From the IMG/VR virus record IMGVR_UViG_3300021425_000024: a stretch of DNA of 64,000 nucleotides; one strand, given 5' to 3'. The translations under genes were made by a program, and so were the position numbers. This DNA comes from an uncultured virus (IMG/VR IMGVR_UViG_3300021425_000024) (lineage: Duplodnaviria > Heunggongvirae > Uroviricota > Caudoviricetes). Below the pieces are notes generated by a model. It worked only from the letters and a program-made list of their open reading frames with translations, had not been told where the DNA came from and searched no databases. Below are positions 9,150 to 18,545 of the stretch, piece by piece. Every line of letters begins with the position of its first letter. The stretch's first letter is position 1.

Positions 9150-9869
9150 CTAGATTTGCGGGATACTGAAGATTTTTTTAAAATCTTCAAGCTCTATTGT
9201 ACTAAAGTTCTCAAAATTATTTAGTTCAATTGGCTGATAATTATCTGGTGCTATAACTCTTATAAAGTTAGTTTTTTTATTATCTCTTATAACTGTTTTG
9301 GTTTGTCGTAACCAATTACCGTAAAATGTAGCACCTTCATTGCTTCTTTTATAGTTTTTAGTATCGGCATATATGTTATTAAATTTACTATGATCGTCTA
9401 AACCTTTGTAATCAAACCCTAATATATAAATGTTATCATACTCGTGTTCGGCCGCTAGCCATAATGCTGTAGGACCACTTGACCATCCTTTGCTAGGTTG
9501 GAAGTAGTTAATGTTCTTTAATTCAGTGTATGCTTTGTTATGATTGGTCCAAACAGTGTTTGTATTAGGATAACCGCTTCTAGATATCTCTAATATCATT
9601 TTTACATCTACAGCAATAAGATAATCCGGAGCAAAGGTTCTATATAGTGCATTACATCCGTAAGTTACACCTAGTTTTGCTAATTGTTCTGGATCTATAG
9701 AAGATCTACTTACACCGTTACCCAATACAAAGGCAGTTTTACTGTCTTTATTTTTTATAGACCGTGTTATTTGTTCTTTTTGTTTTTTAAGTTGTTTTTC
9801 TAGTCTACGTCTGTTGCGTATTACTAGCCATTCTTCTTTTGTATAAAGAGACTTGTCAATTTTGGCCAT
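9150..9869 (-). CDS. Sialyltransferase-fold / MAF_flag10 (DUF115)-like glycosyltransferase
   Basis: AFVLGNGVS, TYGCNALY, DYLIAVD, SSGPTAL, IYILGFD motifs. Confidence 0.6.
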   Translation of the reverse strand: MAKIDKSLYTKEEWLVIRNRRRLEKQLKKQKEQITRSIKNKDSKTAFVLGNGVSRSSIDPEQLAKLGVTYGCNALYRTFAPDYLIAVDVKMILEISRSGYPNTNTVWTNHNKAYTELKNINYFQPSKGWSSGPTALWLAAEHEYDNIYILGFDYKGLDDHSKFNNIYADTKNYKRSNEGATFYGNWLRQTKTVIRDNKKTNFIRVIAPDNYQPIELNNFENFSTIELEDFKKIFSIPQI

Positions 9870-9871
9870 TA

Positions 9872-10120
9872 TTAAACACCACCAGCCTCCGCTTGTGATG
9901 CTATACCATACATTTGACGTACAAAATCTAATTCATTTTGTATTTCTTCGTGGTGTGTTTCTGATGCTTTTCTTATTCTATTAATTTGACCTAGTGTTAG
10001 TCTAGTTTTTCTTGTGTCTGTTGCCTTAATCGGTGATTGATCATGCTCAGGCTCGTAGACTTTATCTTCTACAGGCTCAAGTGTTTCTTTATCAAAATAA
10101 AATAGTTCTCTAAGTATCAT
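9872..10120 (-). CDS. Small hypothetical head-associated protein
   Basis: ORF 9872..10159; likely start is ATG at 10120 (MILRELFYF), 4 nt after TATAAATA. Confidence 0.65.
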   Translation of the reverse strand: MILRELFYFDKETLEPVEDKVYEPEHDQSPIKATDTRKTRLTLGQINRIRKASETHHEEIQNELDFVRQMYGIASQAEAGGV

Positions 10121-10127
10121 ACTGTAT

Positions 10128-11879
10128 TTATACCGTTTGGTCAGTTGTTGGTGTTGCACCTGCGCCTAGATCGGTTCCTGTCGTTGTGTCTGGTGGTGTT
10201 GCTTCACCACCGTCTTCTGATGGTACAGAAGCATCTTCATCTTCCATGCCACCTAAGTCTGCTTCCATTCCTGCTCCTGAAATACCTCCGCCACGCATTT
10301 CGCCTGCGGCATCTGTTGGTGGTGTTTCAAGATTTTCATCATTCTCTTCTCTCCACAGTCTTTCGTTTTCAGCAATCTCTTCTTCTGTCATGCCTAAGAA
10401 ACGTTTTAGTGCAAATCTATTAGAAATATAAGGTATTGCACTCATTTGTGTGTATGTTGGTACACGAGCATTATCAACTTCGCTTTGTCTATACGATGCA
10501 AAGTTCTGTGGTGGTTGGAAAATAAGGTCAAACATTGATGTATCAACGTTCATGCCTTTTTCTAGCAAGTATTTTTTAAATTCTTTGTCAAATTCTTCAA
10601 TGAGCATGCCTTGTAAACGCTCACAGTAAGTATTAAACCTTAATTCTTGAATATATGCTGTTCCGACTCTACCATCATTGTACTGGCTACTTGCGTCCTC
10701 AGCCCCTGTAGGCAGGTATGAGCTAGGAATTCGTAAACCGCGTACGAGCTTATTAGTAAAATATCTAAGGTCATCAATTTCTCCTAAATTTGTACCACCG
10801 GGTAACGTTTCTACTTTAGATCCACGTCCTTCTGCTGTTTGCGGAAAGAAATAATCTTCATTAATACTTAACGGGTTGTAACTACTGTCTATAACATTGG
10901 TACCCCCGCCTGATTGGCTTGGAATACGTCTTTGGTGTATCTCAGTTTTTACACGTTCTACGAATTGCATAGCAAGGTGACTAGGCATATTACCTACGTC
11001 AACATAGAAAACACGTCTTTCAGGAGCACGTTGTACCCTGTATATAATAATTGCGTCTTCTAATAGTTCTTTTTGTTTGTATACTTTAAAAATTGTTTCT
11101 AGTAATGAATTACCAAAAGGATAATTGTTGTCTAACCCTTCACTCATACTTAAATGTACAACGTGTTTAGCATCAACAGCAATCTCTGACTCTTCTCTAC
11201 TCCATCTAGTACCTGTTTGGCTACCGCTTCGACCACCTATGTGACCTTTTCCGGCACTTGCACTTTGGTAACTACCCATTCCGCCATTGTTAATTTGACC
11301 GTTTGTTTGATGTGGAGTAGTTGCTACTAGCTCTCCAAAGTTTAAATTGAAATCTTTTACAATATATTGCTCAGGAGTTTTACCTTCTGATTCGTTTACA
11401 ATAATTTTTGTTAGGTTTGCTGCATCTACATGATACAACTTTTTAGTTTCTGGATCTCTAATAAAAATTTGATCGCCATATTTAAATGCGTTACGGATTA
11501 ATCTAAACATACGTGTTTCAAACTTATTAAGTTTGCACCATTGTTGTAGATATTTTTGTAAAATAGTTGTTTCTGAGTTTGTTGCTTTTTGTTTAAAGCT
11601 CAATGCAAAGTTTGTACCGTTTTGCTCATTCTTTTGAGTACAAAATTCAGCAAGAATGTCTAGTGCCGCATTAACTTCTGAATCACTATCCATTGTATTA
11701 TATTGTCCATAGCGTTCAACACGGTTAGGGCTACCAACATACACATCAGGTAGATGTGAATTATAGTTTTTAGTTGCAGGACCTGGCTGAAGTCCGCCGT
11801 TAGAATTGCTAAACGGACTATAACTTCCTTCTGCGTTAGTACCTGTCGGTACTGGGGTAAAGTATTTTTTCCAGCTCAT
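10128..11879 (-). CDS. gp20: Portal vertex protein (T4 gp20 family)
   Basis: LLEDAIIIYRVQRAPERRVFYVDVGNMP, EDYFFP, GRGSKVETLPGG, LRIPSS motifs. Confidence 0.96.
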   Translation of the reverse strand: MSWKKYFTPVPTGTNAEGSYSPFSNSNGGLQPGPATKNYNSHLPDVYVGSPNRVERYGQYNTMDSDSEVNAALDILAEFCTQKNEQNGTNFALSFKQKATNSETTILQKYLQQWCKLNKFETRMFRLIRNAFKYGDQIFIRDPETKKLYHVDAANLTKIIVNESEGKTPEQYIVKDFNLNFGELVATTPHQTNGQINNGGMGSYQSASAGKGHIGGRSGSQTGTRWSREESEIAVDAKHVVHLSMSEGLDNNYPFGNSLLETIFKVYKQKELLEDAIIIYRVQRAPERRVFYVDVGNMPSHLAMQFVERVKTEIHQRRIPSQSGGGTNVIDSSYNPLSINEDYFFPQTAEGRGSKVETLPGGTNLGEIDDLRYFTNKLVRGLRIPSSYLPTGAEDASSQYNDGRVGTAYIQELRFNTYCERLQGMLIEEFDKEFKKYLLEKGMNVDTSMFDLIFQPPQNFASYRQSEVDNARVPTYTQMSAIPYISNRFALKRFLGMTEEEIAENERLWREENDENLETPPTDAAGEMRGGGISGAGMEADLGGMEDEDASVPSEDGGEATPPDTTTGTDLGAGATPTTDQTV

Positions 11880-11887
11880 TGTTATCC

Positions 11888-14524
11888 TTAATCAACTAAC
11901 TCTTGTGTTAGTCGTTTATGACCTCTATTAATCTCTCGTATTTCAATTAGAGTTTGATTCATTGTTCCTAGTGTTGTATTTAACTGATTTGCAAGTTCTT
12001 GACCCATTCCTGAACCCATGTTCTTAATAACATCAGCCGAAGCTGTGCCTGTACCACCGCCAAATAGGCCTTTATTGTCTTCTGCTAGTGCTTTATTCAT
12101 GTCTTCTAAAGACCTTGCTATTTCTTGCATATTTCTATTATACTGTGAAAGTTCATTAATGTCAAGATCTTTTTGTATTGCATTTACATTGGTGGCAAAA
12201 TTGTCTAAATTGTTGATTCTTTCAAAGGCACCAGCAACTCTCTCCATTCCTGCGCCTATACCACTCATTTTTTCTAATCTGTTTAAAGCATCTGGAGTTA
12301 CACCTAATGTTTTTGCTATATCTTTGTCTTCTGATGGTAAAGTTTCAGCGTTAGCCTCGGCTTCTGCTCTAATTTCTTCTGGGCTTGACCCAAGTAACCC
12401 AAATGTTAGTCCATTTAATAAACTGCTTCCTGCATTACCTAATGATTCGCCAAATCCTGCGTTTTCATCAGCATTAAATCCTGACACGCTATCAAATATT
12501 CCCATTGCGCCAGCGGCAACAAGTCCAATACCTGGAATAAATTTAAGTCCACGCAATGCTGTTTTACCTAAACCTTTTGCAGTTGCTCCTGCAGTTGCGG
12601 CAGTTCCTGCAGTTGCGGCAGTTGTTGCGGCAGTTGTTGCCGCTCGAGACGCTACTGTTTTTGCGGCTAAACTGCCTGCTAATGACGTTGCACCTGCGGC
12701 TAATGCACTAACTACTGCTTTGGCTGCAAACAATCCGGTGATAGCAAGTACTAAACCGCCTATAACATCTGGATCGGAGAATATAGCCTTAAAGCCATCT
12801 TTAATTCCTGTTGCTAATGCAGAACCAATAGGCTCTAGAACACTTCCTATAAGTCCTTTTTTCTCACCGTCTTCACTACCAAACAATGCTTCTTTAATTG
12901 CTTTGCCAGGATCTTCGCCAAATGCTGTAAAAAATTCTTGTAATTTTGGTGTAACTGTTTCTGTTAGATATGTACTAAACCCTTCTAGTGCTTTTTGGAA
13001 CGGAGCTGCTGAGCCTTCTTCACCTACAAACCCTGAGAACCACTCTGTCATGCTTGTTAGAGCTGGTGTTAGTGTTTGTACTATTGGATTAATAAAGTTA
13101 TTTGTTAGTGCTTTCTTTGCTTCACCAACAGCAGTTAAAAATTCACCCATTACATTAAGTTCGCCTTCTTTTGGTGGTACTGCTTTTGCCGCTTCCATGT
13201 CTGCTATAAATTGATCTCTTGCAAATACTAGTCCTGAACCTGTATCAGTAAAGTATTTTCCTATCTTATCAGTCTGTCCTTCAAACAATGCTGATATTTC
13301 TCCTGGTATTCCTTCACCACCTGCGGCTGCAAGTGCAAGTATTCCTTCTAAGTCGCCTGCCGCAGCTACTTGTGCTTCTAAGTAATCGGCCATTCTGTCG
13401 CTTTGGCCTGATTGAAATTGTTCAAGCGACACACTACTGTCTAGTGCTTGACCTAACATATTACTTACTAGTGTTGCGTTTTCACTTTGTGTTGCTGTAA
13501 ACAATTGAAGGTCTCTAGTTACCGGAGGCATACCTAAAAATTCTGCTTTTAATGCATCAACAGCAACTTTGCCGCCTGTTGCTTGTGCTTCTGCCATTGC
13601 GGCATTTAGTTTTGCCCTTTCATCTGCATCAAGTTTTGCTAATTGCATTTGAAAAGCCATGTCCATTTGAGCTTGTGCAAGTTTATCTTGTTGTGTTTTA
13701 ATATCTTCACCTGTTAACTTTGAAAGTGTTAACATATTCTTTGTTAAACTGGCTGCTGCTTGAGCTTGTGCCGCTCTGTCTTGTACTTCTGCTCTTGATC
13801 CTGCTCTATTTAAGTAAGCACTCAAACTCATTTGTTCGTTTACTTGCTCCATTGACAAACCCATGGCTTGGAATTGTACAAGCATGTCTTTTCCAAGACT
13901 ATCTGTCATTCCTGCAACAGTTCTTGCACCGCTTGTAACAGTTCCGCCAAAGGCTGCCATCATTGATGTGTTTTGAGCAACCATTGCGCTGAACTCTTCC
14001 AACGGCAAACGTGCATCAGCGGCTGTAGATCTTAAATCTGCTAAACTATAACCAAAATCAGCACCTGCTGTAGCCATTGATTGGAATGATTGATAACTTC
14101 TATCAAGTATTCCTGTAAACATTGTTAAAGTTGAGCCAACTACTGGTATATGTTGTGCAAAACTTGATAAACTATCGCCGCCTGTTAATAATTCGTCAGC
14201 GAAACCTTTTAATCCGCCAATAGCTGCACCTATACCCATACCGGCAAGTTTAAATAGGCCACTGCCCATTAAGTTTAGATACTTGGTGTTGTCTTGTACA
14301 GCGTCAGTGTTGTCTTCTACAGCATCTCTATGTTTAGTTGATACTTTAACACCTTCTTTTTGTGCGTCATTGTAGGCTTTTTGTGTTTTGGCCGCTTGGC
14401 CTTTGCCGTCGCCGCCACTTGCTTTGGCCATTTTTTCCATGGCCGTAACTAATCGAGCGAGTGTTACTTCGCTTGCAACACCGCTTTCGCCACCTACATT
14501 TTCAATTCTAATTTCGTCAGCCAC
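11888..14524 (-). CDS. Probable tail tape-measure protein
   Basis: 878 aa, A/G/Q-rich and helical with hydrophobic segments and a LKFIPGIGLVAAG motif; GTG start; adjacent to the gp26/gp51-like chaperone. Confidence 0.65.
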   Translation of the reverse strand: MADEIRIENVGGESGVASEVTLARLVTAMEKMAKASGGDGKGQAAKTQKAYNDAQKEGVKVSTKHRDAVEDNTDAVQDNTKYLNLMGSGLFKLAGMGIGAAIGGLKGFADELLTGGDSLSSFAQHIPVVGSTLTMFTGILDRSYQSFQSMATAGADFGYSLADLRSTAADARLPLEEFSAMVAQNTSMMAAFGGTVTSGARTVAGMTDSLGKDMLVQFQAMGLSMEQVNEQMSLSAYLNRAGSRAEVQDRAAQAQAAASLTKNMLTLSKLTGEDIKTQQDKLAQAQMDMAFQMQLAKLDADERAKLNAAMAEAQATGGKVAVDALKAEFLGMPPVTRDLQLFTATQSENATLVSNMLGQALDSSVSLEQFQSGQSDRMADYLEAQVAAAGDLEGILALAAAGGEGIPGEISALFEGQTDKIGKYFTDTGSGLVFARDQFIADMEAAKAVPPKEGELNVMGEFLTAVGEAKKALTNNFINPIVQTLTPALTSMTEWFSGFVGEEGSAAPFQKALEGFSTYLTETVTPKLQEFFTAFGEDPGKAIKEALFGSEDGEKKGLIGSVLEPIGSALATGIKDGFKAIFSDPDVIGGLVLAITGLFAAKAVVSALAAGATSLAGSLAAKTVASRAATTAATTAATAGTAATAGATAKGLGKTALRGLKFIPGIGLVAAGAMGIFDSVSGFNADENAGFGESLGNAGSSLLNGLTFGLLGSSPEEIRAEAEANAETLPSEDKDIAKTLGVTPDALNRLEKMSGIGAGMERVAGAFERINNLDNFATNVNAIQKDLDINELSQYNRNMQEIARSLEDMNKALAEDNKGLFGGGTGTASADVIKNMGSGMGQELANQLNTTLGTMNQTLIEIREINRGHKRLTQELVD

Positions 14525-14551
14525 TTATTTTCAGATCCAGTTAAGTACGTA

Positions 14552-14590
14552 CATAAATATATTTGCTATATACGTTTATATAGTATTTAG
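14552..14590. promoter_or_regulatory. Face-to-face late promoter pair (CATAAATA +, CTAAATA -)
   Basis: Plus motif at 14552-14559 and minus motif at 14584-14590 between divergent genes. Confidence 0.55.
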
Positions 14591-14602
14591 CCAGGAGAAA
14601 AA

Positions 14603-15457
14603 ATGGAAAATCAAAAAAGCAATCCGTTACAGAAATATTTTAGGCAACCAAAAATATATCTCACTTTACCAAGTGGCGGAAAATTTTACCCTGCGGGAAG
14701 TTTAGAAATATCTGAAAGCGGAGAATATCCAGTATTTCCTATGACGGCTAGGGATGAAATAATGATAAAAACACCAGACGCTTTACTTAACGGAGAAGCG
14801 ACTGTTGCTGTTATTAAGAGTTGTATACCGGCGATCGTTGATCCTTGGAATATGCCATCTATGGATCTTGATGCATGTCTAATTGCAATTAGGATTGCAA
14901 CGTATGGCGAGAAAATGGAGATTAGTATTAAGACTCCTGTTTCAGGCGAAGAAAAAGACTTTGATTTAGATCTAAGAATTATGTTAGATCAATTTTCAAA
15001 TGTAGAGTATATTAGTAAAATGGACTTAGGTGACTTAAAAGTTAATTTACGTCCTCTAACTTATGGAGAATTTACTGAAACTAGTAAAAAAACATTTGAA
15101 GAACAAAGAATATTTCAAGTTCTAAACAGAGAAGATATAAGTGAAGGCGACAAACTTGCATCATTTAATGAAAGTTTTAAAAAATTAACAGACCTTACTA
15201 TTAAAACACTTGAGAAATCAATTGAGTCAATTGAAATAGGCGATGATGTTGTTACTGACAGAGAACACATTAAAGAATTTATCGCAAATACTGACAAAAC
15301 ATTATTTGAAAAAGTTACTGACCATGTTGAAGTGCAAAGAGCACAATTTCAAGTTAAGCCAATAGTAGTAGATGCAACTCCGGAAGAAATAGAAAAAGGA
15401 GTCCCTGCAACATATGAGGTTCCTGTTTCGTTCGACCAAGCAAATTTTTTCGTATAA
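14603..15457 (+). CDS. gp26: Baseplate hub assembly / tail assembly chaperone (T4 gp26-like)
   Basis: YLTLPSGG, PMTARDE, DLDACLIAIRIATYGE motifs; SD AGGAG. Confidence 0.75.
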   Translation: MENQKSNPLQKYFRQPKIYLTLPSGGKFYPAGSLEISESGEYPVFPMTARDEIMIKTPDALLNGEATVAVIKSCIPAIVDPWNMPSMDLDACLIAIRIATYGEKMEISIKTPVSGEEKDFDLDLRIMLDQFSNVEYISKMDLGDLKVNLRPLTYGEFTETSKKTFEEQRIFQVLNREDISEGDKLASFNESFKKLTDLTIKTLEKSIESIEIGDDVVTDREHIKEFIANTDKTLFEKVTDHVEVQRAQFQVKPIVVDATPEEIEKGVPATYEVPVSFDQANFFV

Positions 15458-15681
15458 GGATATTAGCCCTACCAACGAAACAGATTCTTCACGAAGTTGA
15501 TATCCTAGAAAAAGAAGTGAAGGAGATGCGTTACAATTTGTTCAAACTCGCATGGCATATGCGTGGGTCACTTTCTACGGACGAAGCGTTTGAACTTCCT
15601 CCAGAAGATAGAGATATCATTGCTGATATAATTAAAGAAAATCTTGAAACAACTAAAAAGTCTGGCTTGCCTTATTTCTAA
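15451..15681 (+). CDS. gp51-like extension in the -1 frame (RIRILALPTKQILHEV...LFKLAWHMRGSLSTDEAFELPPEDRDIIADIIKENLETTKKSGLPYF), probably reached by frameshift
   Basis: Hand-translated 76 open codons overlapping the gp26 stop; slippery T TTT TTC at 15445-15451. Confidence 0.7.
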   Translation, partial: RIRILALPTKQILHEVDILEKEVKEMRYNLFKLAWHMRGSLSTDEAFELPPEDRDIIADIIKENLETTKKSGLPYF

Positions 15682-17459
15682 GCAGGTTTCATAAGCATTT
15701 GTTTTACTACGTCTTGTAGTTTTGCTTGCTTAATTTGGTCTGCTAGAGCAACTAATTTGTTGTTGCTAGGTGCTTGTCCAGGCTTTTGTTTTGGTTGTTG
15801 GACTGTGCTTGGTTTAAGTTCAACATTTGCTTCTTGACCAATTTGTGCAATTTGATCATTTGACATACCTGCATCAGAAAGTATATTAACTATTGAACCT
15901 GTGTCAGTTGGAGAACCTGCTGACTTCCATGCTTTAAATAATTTGTTTGCTGTAACTTTATTTCCCAAGTCTTTGGCTTTTTGTTTAACAGCACCTGCGG
16001 CTTTACCTGCAAGGTTTCCTACACCACGTTTTAATTTTGCACCTATTGTATTTGGATTGTTTAAAGGTAGTTCACCTTGTGCAGGTGCTTCTGCTAAAAA
16101 CTGTTCAAAACGTGCTTCCATGTCTATTGATTCTGCTTTGTCTCCTACAGGACCAAAGTCTGAAAGTTTTTGATTTTTATCAAAGTTTTTATCCACTGGC
16201 TGAGCCATGCCGCCACCTTTAAGTGCTAGTTCTAATTGCTCTTTTTCTTTTGGTGGAATAGGTTTTGCTTTTTGTGCAGAATCTACTTTGCTGTCTACAG
16301 CGGTCATTGCACCAGTAACAGCAGCCGCTGCTCCTTCGCCTGATGCTTCAATTGCATTTAACAATTTGTCTAAGTTGTCACTAGCCGCTGACCATTGTTT
16401 AACTTGATCAGTTGTCCATTCTTGTTCTGGAATATCTTTAAGTGCATTCCATAGTCCTGTTAGCTCTTTATTTTCTTGTGTAACTTCTGCCATAAAATCG
16501 TGGAACTTAGCAGCTTCTTGATAATATTCAGGAGTAAATGTTCCTGCATCTCTTAGTGCGGCTTCAAATCCTTCAAATTCGCTTATTTGATCAGGTGTTA
16601 ATACTGTATCATAGTTGTAATAAAAATTGTTTATATTACCACTCATAGTTAGTTTTGTTGAACCTTCTAGTACATCTGGTGTAAATCCTTTTTCAGCAAA
16701 CACAGCATCTTTAGCCGCGGCCATATTTGCTTCATCAAAACTGTCAGCCATACCTGCTAGTTGATCGTCACCTGCTGTTGCAATGTTTTCCCAAACAGCA
16801 TCAGAAATAAATCTAAATGCCGCTCCTGCAAGAGCACCATATGCTGCAACTTTAGCAGACTTACCAACAGCGGTACTTAACTTCTCACCTTGTAGTAAAC
16901 CTTTAGTCGAGCGTAGGATTAAACCAGCGGCAGCACCGCCTGCAGGACCACCTGCAAACGCAGCGATTGTTGTTAGTATTGCAACACCTAGTGTTGCTTT
17001 GCCAGGATTTTCTTTTGCCCAATTACTAACAGCCTCAATACCTTTAACAACTTTACTGTCACTGTTTTTTGCTTTGATGTCTGCTTTTAATTTTTCAAAC
17101 TTAGCATCAGCATTTTGTACAGGACCTGCGTCTTGTGCCATTTTACCAAGTTGGTTAATTTTTTGATCAATTTTCTTAGCCATGTCTACAGGTAGTTTTG
17201 CAATCTTACCCGCTTTGCCTAACATGCTAGTATTGTTGCCGCCTGCCATTGCTGATTGTTCAGCACCTTGGAATATACTTTTTATTTGATCAGGTGTAAG
17301 TGTTGCTTCTGCTAAACGTGAGTATTCTTCTAGCATAGGCCATAATTCTTTTTCCCAACGGTTTAGATGTACCTGTTGTGCTTCTGTAAGTTCTTGCCAG
17401 CTCTCATTAAGTATTTTTTGTGATCTTGGCGCAAATGTTGTTACTTCATTTAACTTCAT
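15678..17459 (-). CDS. Putative internal/ejection virion protein with hydrophobic segments
   Basis: 593 aa; N-terminal MKLNE..ILNE.S..LTE.A motifs; hydrophobic ATLGVAILTTIAAFAGGPAGGAAAGLIL. Confidence 0.5.
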   Translation of the reverse strand: MKLNEVTTFAPRSQKILNESWQELTEAQQVHLNRWEKELWPMLEEYSRLAEATLTPDQIKSIFQGAEQSAMAGGNNTSMLGKAGKIAKLPVDMAKKIDQKINQLGKMAQDAGPVQNADAKFEKLKADIKAKNSDSKVVKGIEAVSNWAKENPGKATLGVAILTTIAAFAGGPAGGAAAGLILRSTKGLLQGEKLSTAVGKSAKVAAYGALAGAAFRFISDAVWENIATAGDDQLAGMADSFDEANMAAAKDAVFAEKGFTPDVLEGSTKLTMSGNINNFYYNYDTVLTPDQISEFEGFEAALRDAGTFTPEYYQEAAKFHDFMAEVTQENKELTGLWNALKDIPEQEWTTDQVKQWSAASDNLDKLLNAIEASGEGAAAAVTGAMTAVDSKVDSAQKAKPIPPKEKEQLELALKGGGMAQPVDKNFDKNQKLSDFGPVGDKAESIDMEARFEQFLAEAPAQGELPLNNPNTIGAKLKRGVGNLAGKAAGAVKQKAKDLGNKVTANKLFKAWKSAGSPTDTGSIVNILSDAGMSNDQIAQIGQEANVELKPSTVQQPKQKPGQAPSNNKLVALADQIKQAKLQDVVKQMLMKPA

Positions 17460-17980
17460 AACATGCTCGCTAACTGTTTTTTCTCTTGCGGATTCAATGC
17501 TTTTAATTGTTTCATTATTGCAGGTGGAACCTTAGGTGGAACATTAGGTTTTGCTTGCTTAGGTTTTCCGCCTTGCCCTGGAGAAGCCGCTTGCGGTGCG
17601 GCGCCAGCCGCGGGTGCTATTTTTTTAACACCTTGTTTACCTGCCATAGCGTCCTTAGCCGCCTGCATCATCGCTTTATTAATAATATTTTTATTTACTA
17701 CACCAGTAGGAATTCCTGGAACTTTAGCACCTTTAGTATTTAAAAATGCAGTAAGATCTTCACCAGTAGCAGTTTTTATGTCTTTGTCTTGCGTACCAAG
17801 ATATCTACGAAACTCGTTGTATAAGTTATTTGCTGTATCAGATAAATCAGCTTTACCAGCTAAATTACCTGCTTTGCCTTTCATACCAATAGCACCAAGA
17901 GCTCTTGCTCCAGCAGCTTGTCCTGCTTTCTTTAACATTCCTACAGGTGCTTCTTTAAGTGTTATATCATCTATACGCAT
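17456..17980 (-). CDS. Basic K/A/G-rich putative internal head protein
   Basis: ORF 17456..18100; likely start is ATG at 17980 (MRIDDITLKEA) with SD AAGGA and TATAAATA at 18009-18016. Confidence 0.6.
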   Translation of the reverse strand: MRIDDITLKEAPVGMLKKAGQAAGARALGAIGMKGKAGNLAGKADLSDTANNLYNEFRRYLGTQDKDIKTATGEDLTAFLNTKGAKVPGIPTGVVNKNIINKAMMQAAKDAMAGKQGVKKIAPAAGAAPQAASPGQGGKPKQAKPNVPPKVPPAIMKQLKALNPQEKKQLASML

Positions 17981-18008
17981 TGTGAATCCTTTGTGTAATA
18001 TTACTTTG

Positions 18009-18016
18009 TATTTATA
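18009..18016 (-). promoter_or_regulatory. Late promoter TATAAATA
   Basis: Exact T4 late consensus upstream of the 17980 start. Confidence 0.7.
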
Positions 18017-18118
18017 TGTTTCGTTGCACGAAACAACTTTTCGCTTACGCTCAAAGTAAACACTTCGTTTGTTTGAAGTAGTAATATATGAATAAAGCAT
18101 TTTTACGTAGTAAAAATG
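18017..18118. repeat. Array of four adjacent short inverted repeats (GNA/GTAA-loop hairpins)
   Basis: 18017-18035, 18036-18057, 18062-18079 and 18098-18118. Confidence 0.7.
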
Positions 18119-18119
18119 T

Positions 18120-18545
18120 AATTACTTCATGTAGATTGTTTCAGTCAGACGGAACCTATTTATGGTTCCGTCTAATCTTGACACTTGCGCTCTTCATGTG
18201 AGTCCGCTCCAGCCGAGACTTGGAAGTAGGTGTTTATCTGCTGTACAATGGGCTCTGACCTTTCCCTTACCTACGTCGACATCTAACCAGTTAGTTCTTG
18301 CTGATTAACCTATTATTTGTATGTTAACCTGTTAGATCTTACTGATTATACCCGTTGCTTCGTTCCTGTGCATACGGTTTTTATGTACAATGTGCAGTTT
18401 TTCGACAGCCAACAATCTATCTCCGTCAACCTGTGAGCCCAATTCTTTTGATGGCTTCCACACTCTGGTGTGTTGATCAACGTGTACGTGTGCTTCTATA
18501 CGAGAGCTTTTTCCACGGCGGTATTTCTAAACTGGCCCGCTAACC
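18120..18545 (-). ncRNA. Putative large structured non-coding RNA (~430 nt) downstream of the GIY-YIG gene
   Basis: The only long intergenic stretch in the window, visibly more GC-rich than flanking spacers. Multiple local and long-range complementary segments, including a crossing (pseudoknot) pair. Strand inferred from the upstream gene. Confidence 0.6.

Noticed and set aside
12018..13214. 398-aa plus-strand ORF
   Set aside because: Antisense shadow of the tape-measure gene; no SD and no recognisable motifs.
17981..18100. Upstream extension of ORF 17456..18100
   Set aside because: Runs through the late promoter and hairpin array; ATG 17980 has a proper SD.
18355..18543. 62-aa plus-strand ORF within the putative ncRNA
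   Set aside because: Non-ATG start, no SD, atypical composition.
18120..18545. Identification of the RNA as a group I intron, group II intron or RNase P RNA
   Set aside because: No group I P7 (GACUA/UAGUC-type) core was found and no interrupted host gene is evident. ACCGUAUGC..ACGG only loosely resembles group II domain V. GGGAAAGGUCAGAGCCCAU only loosely resembles RNase P CR-I. None of this is enough without a covariance-model search.
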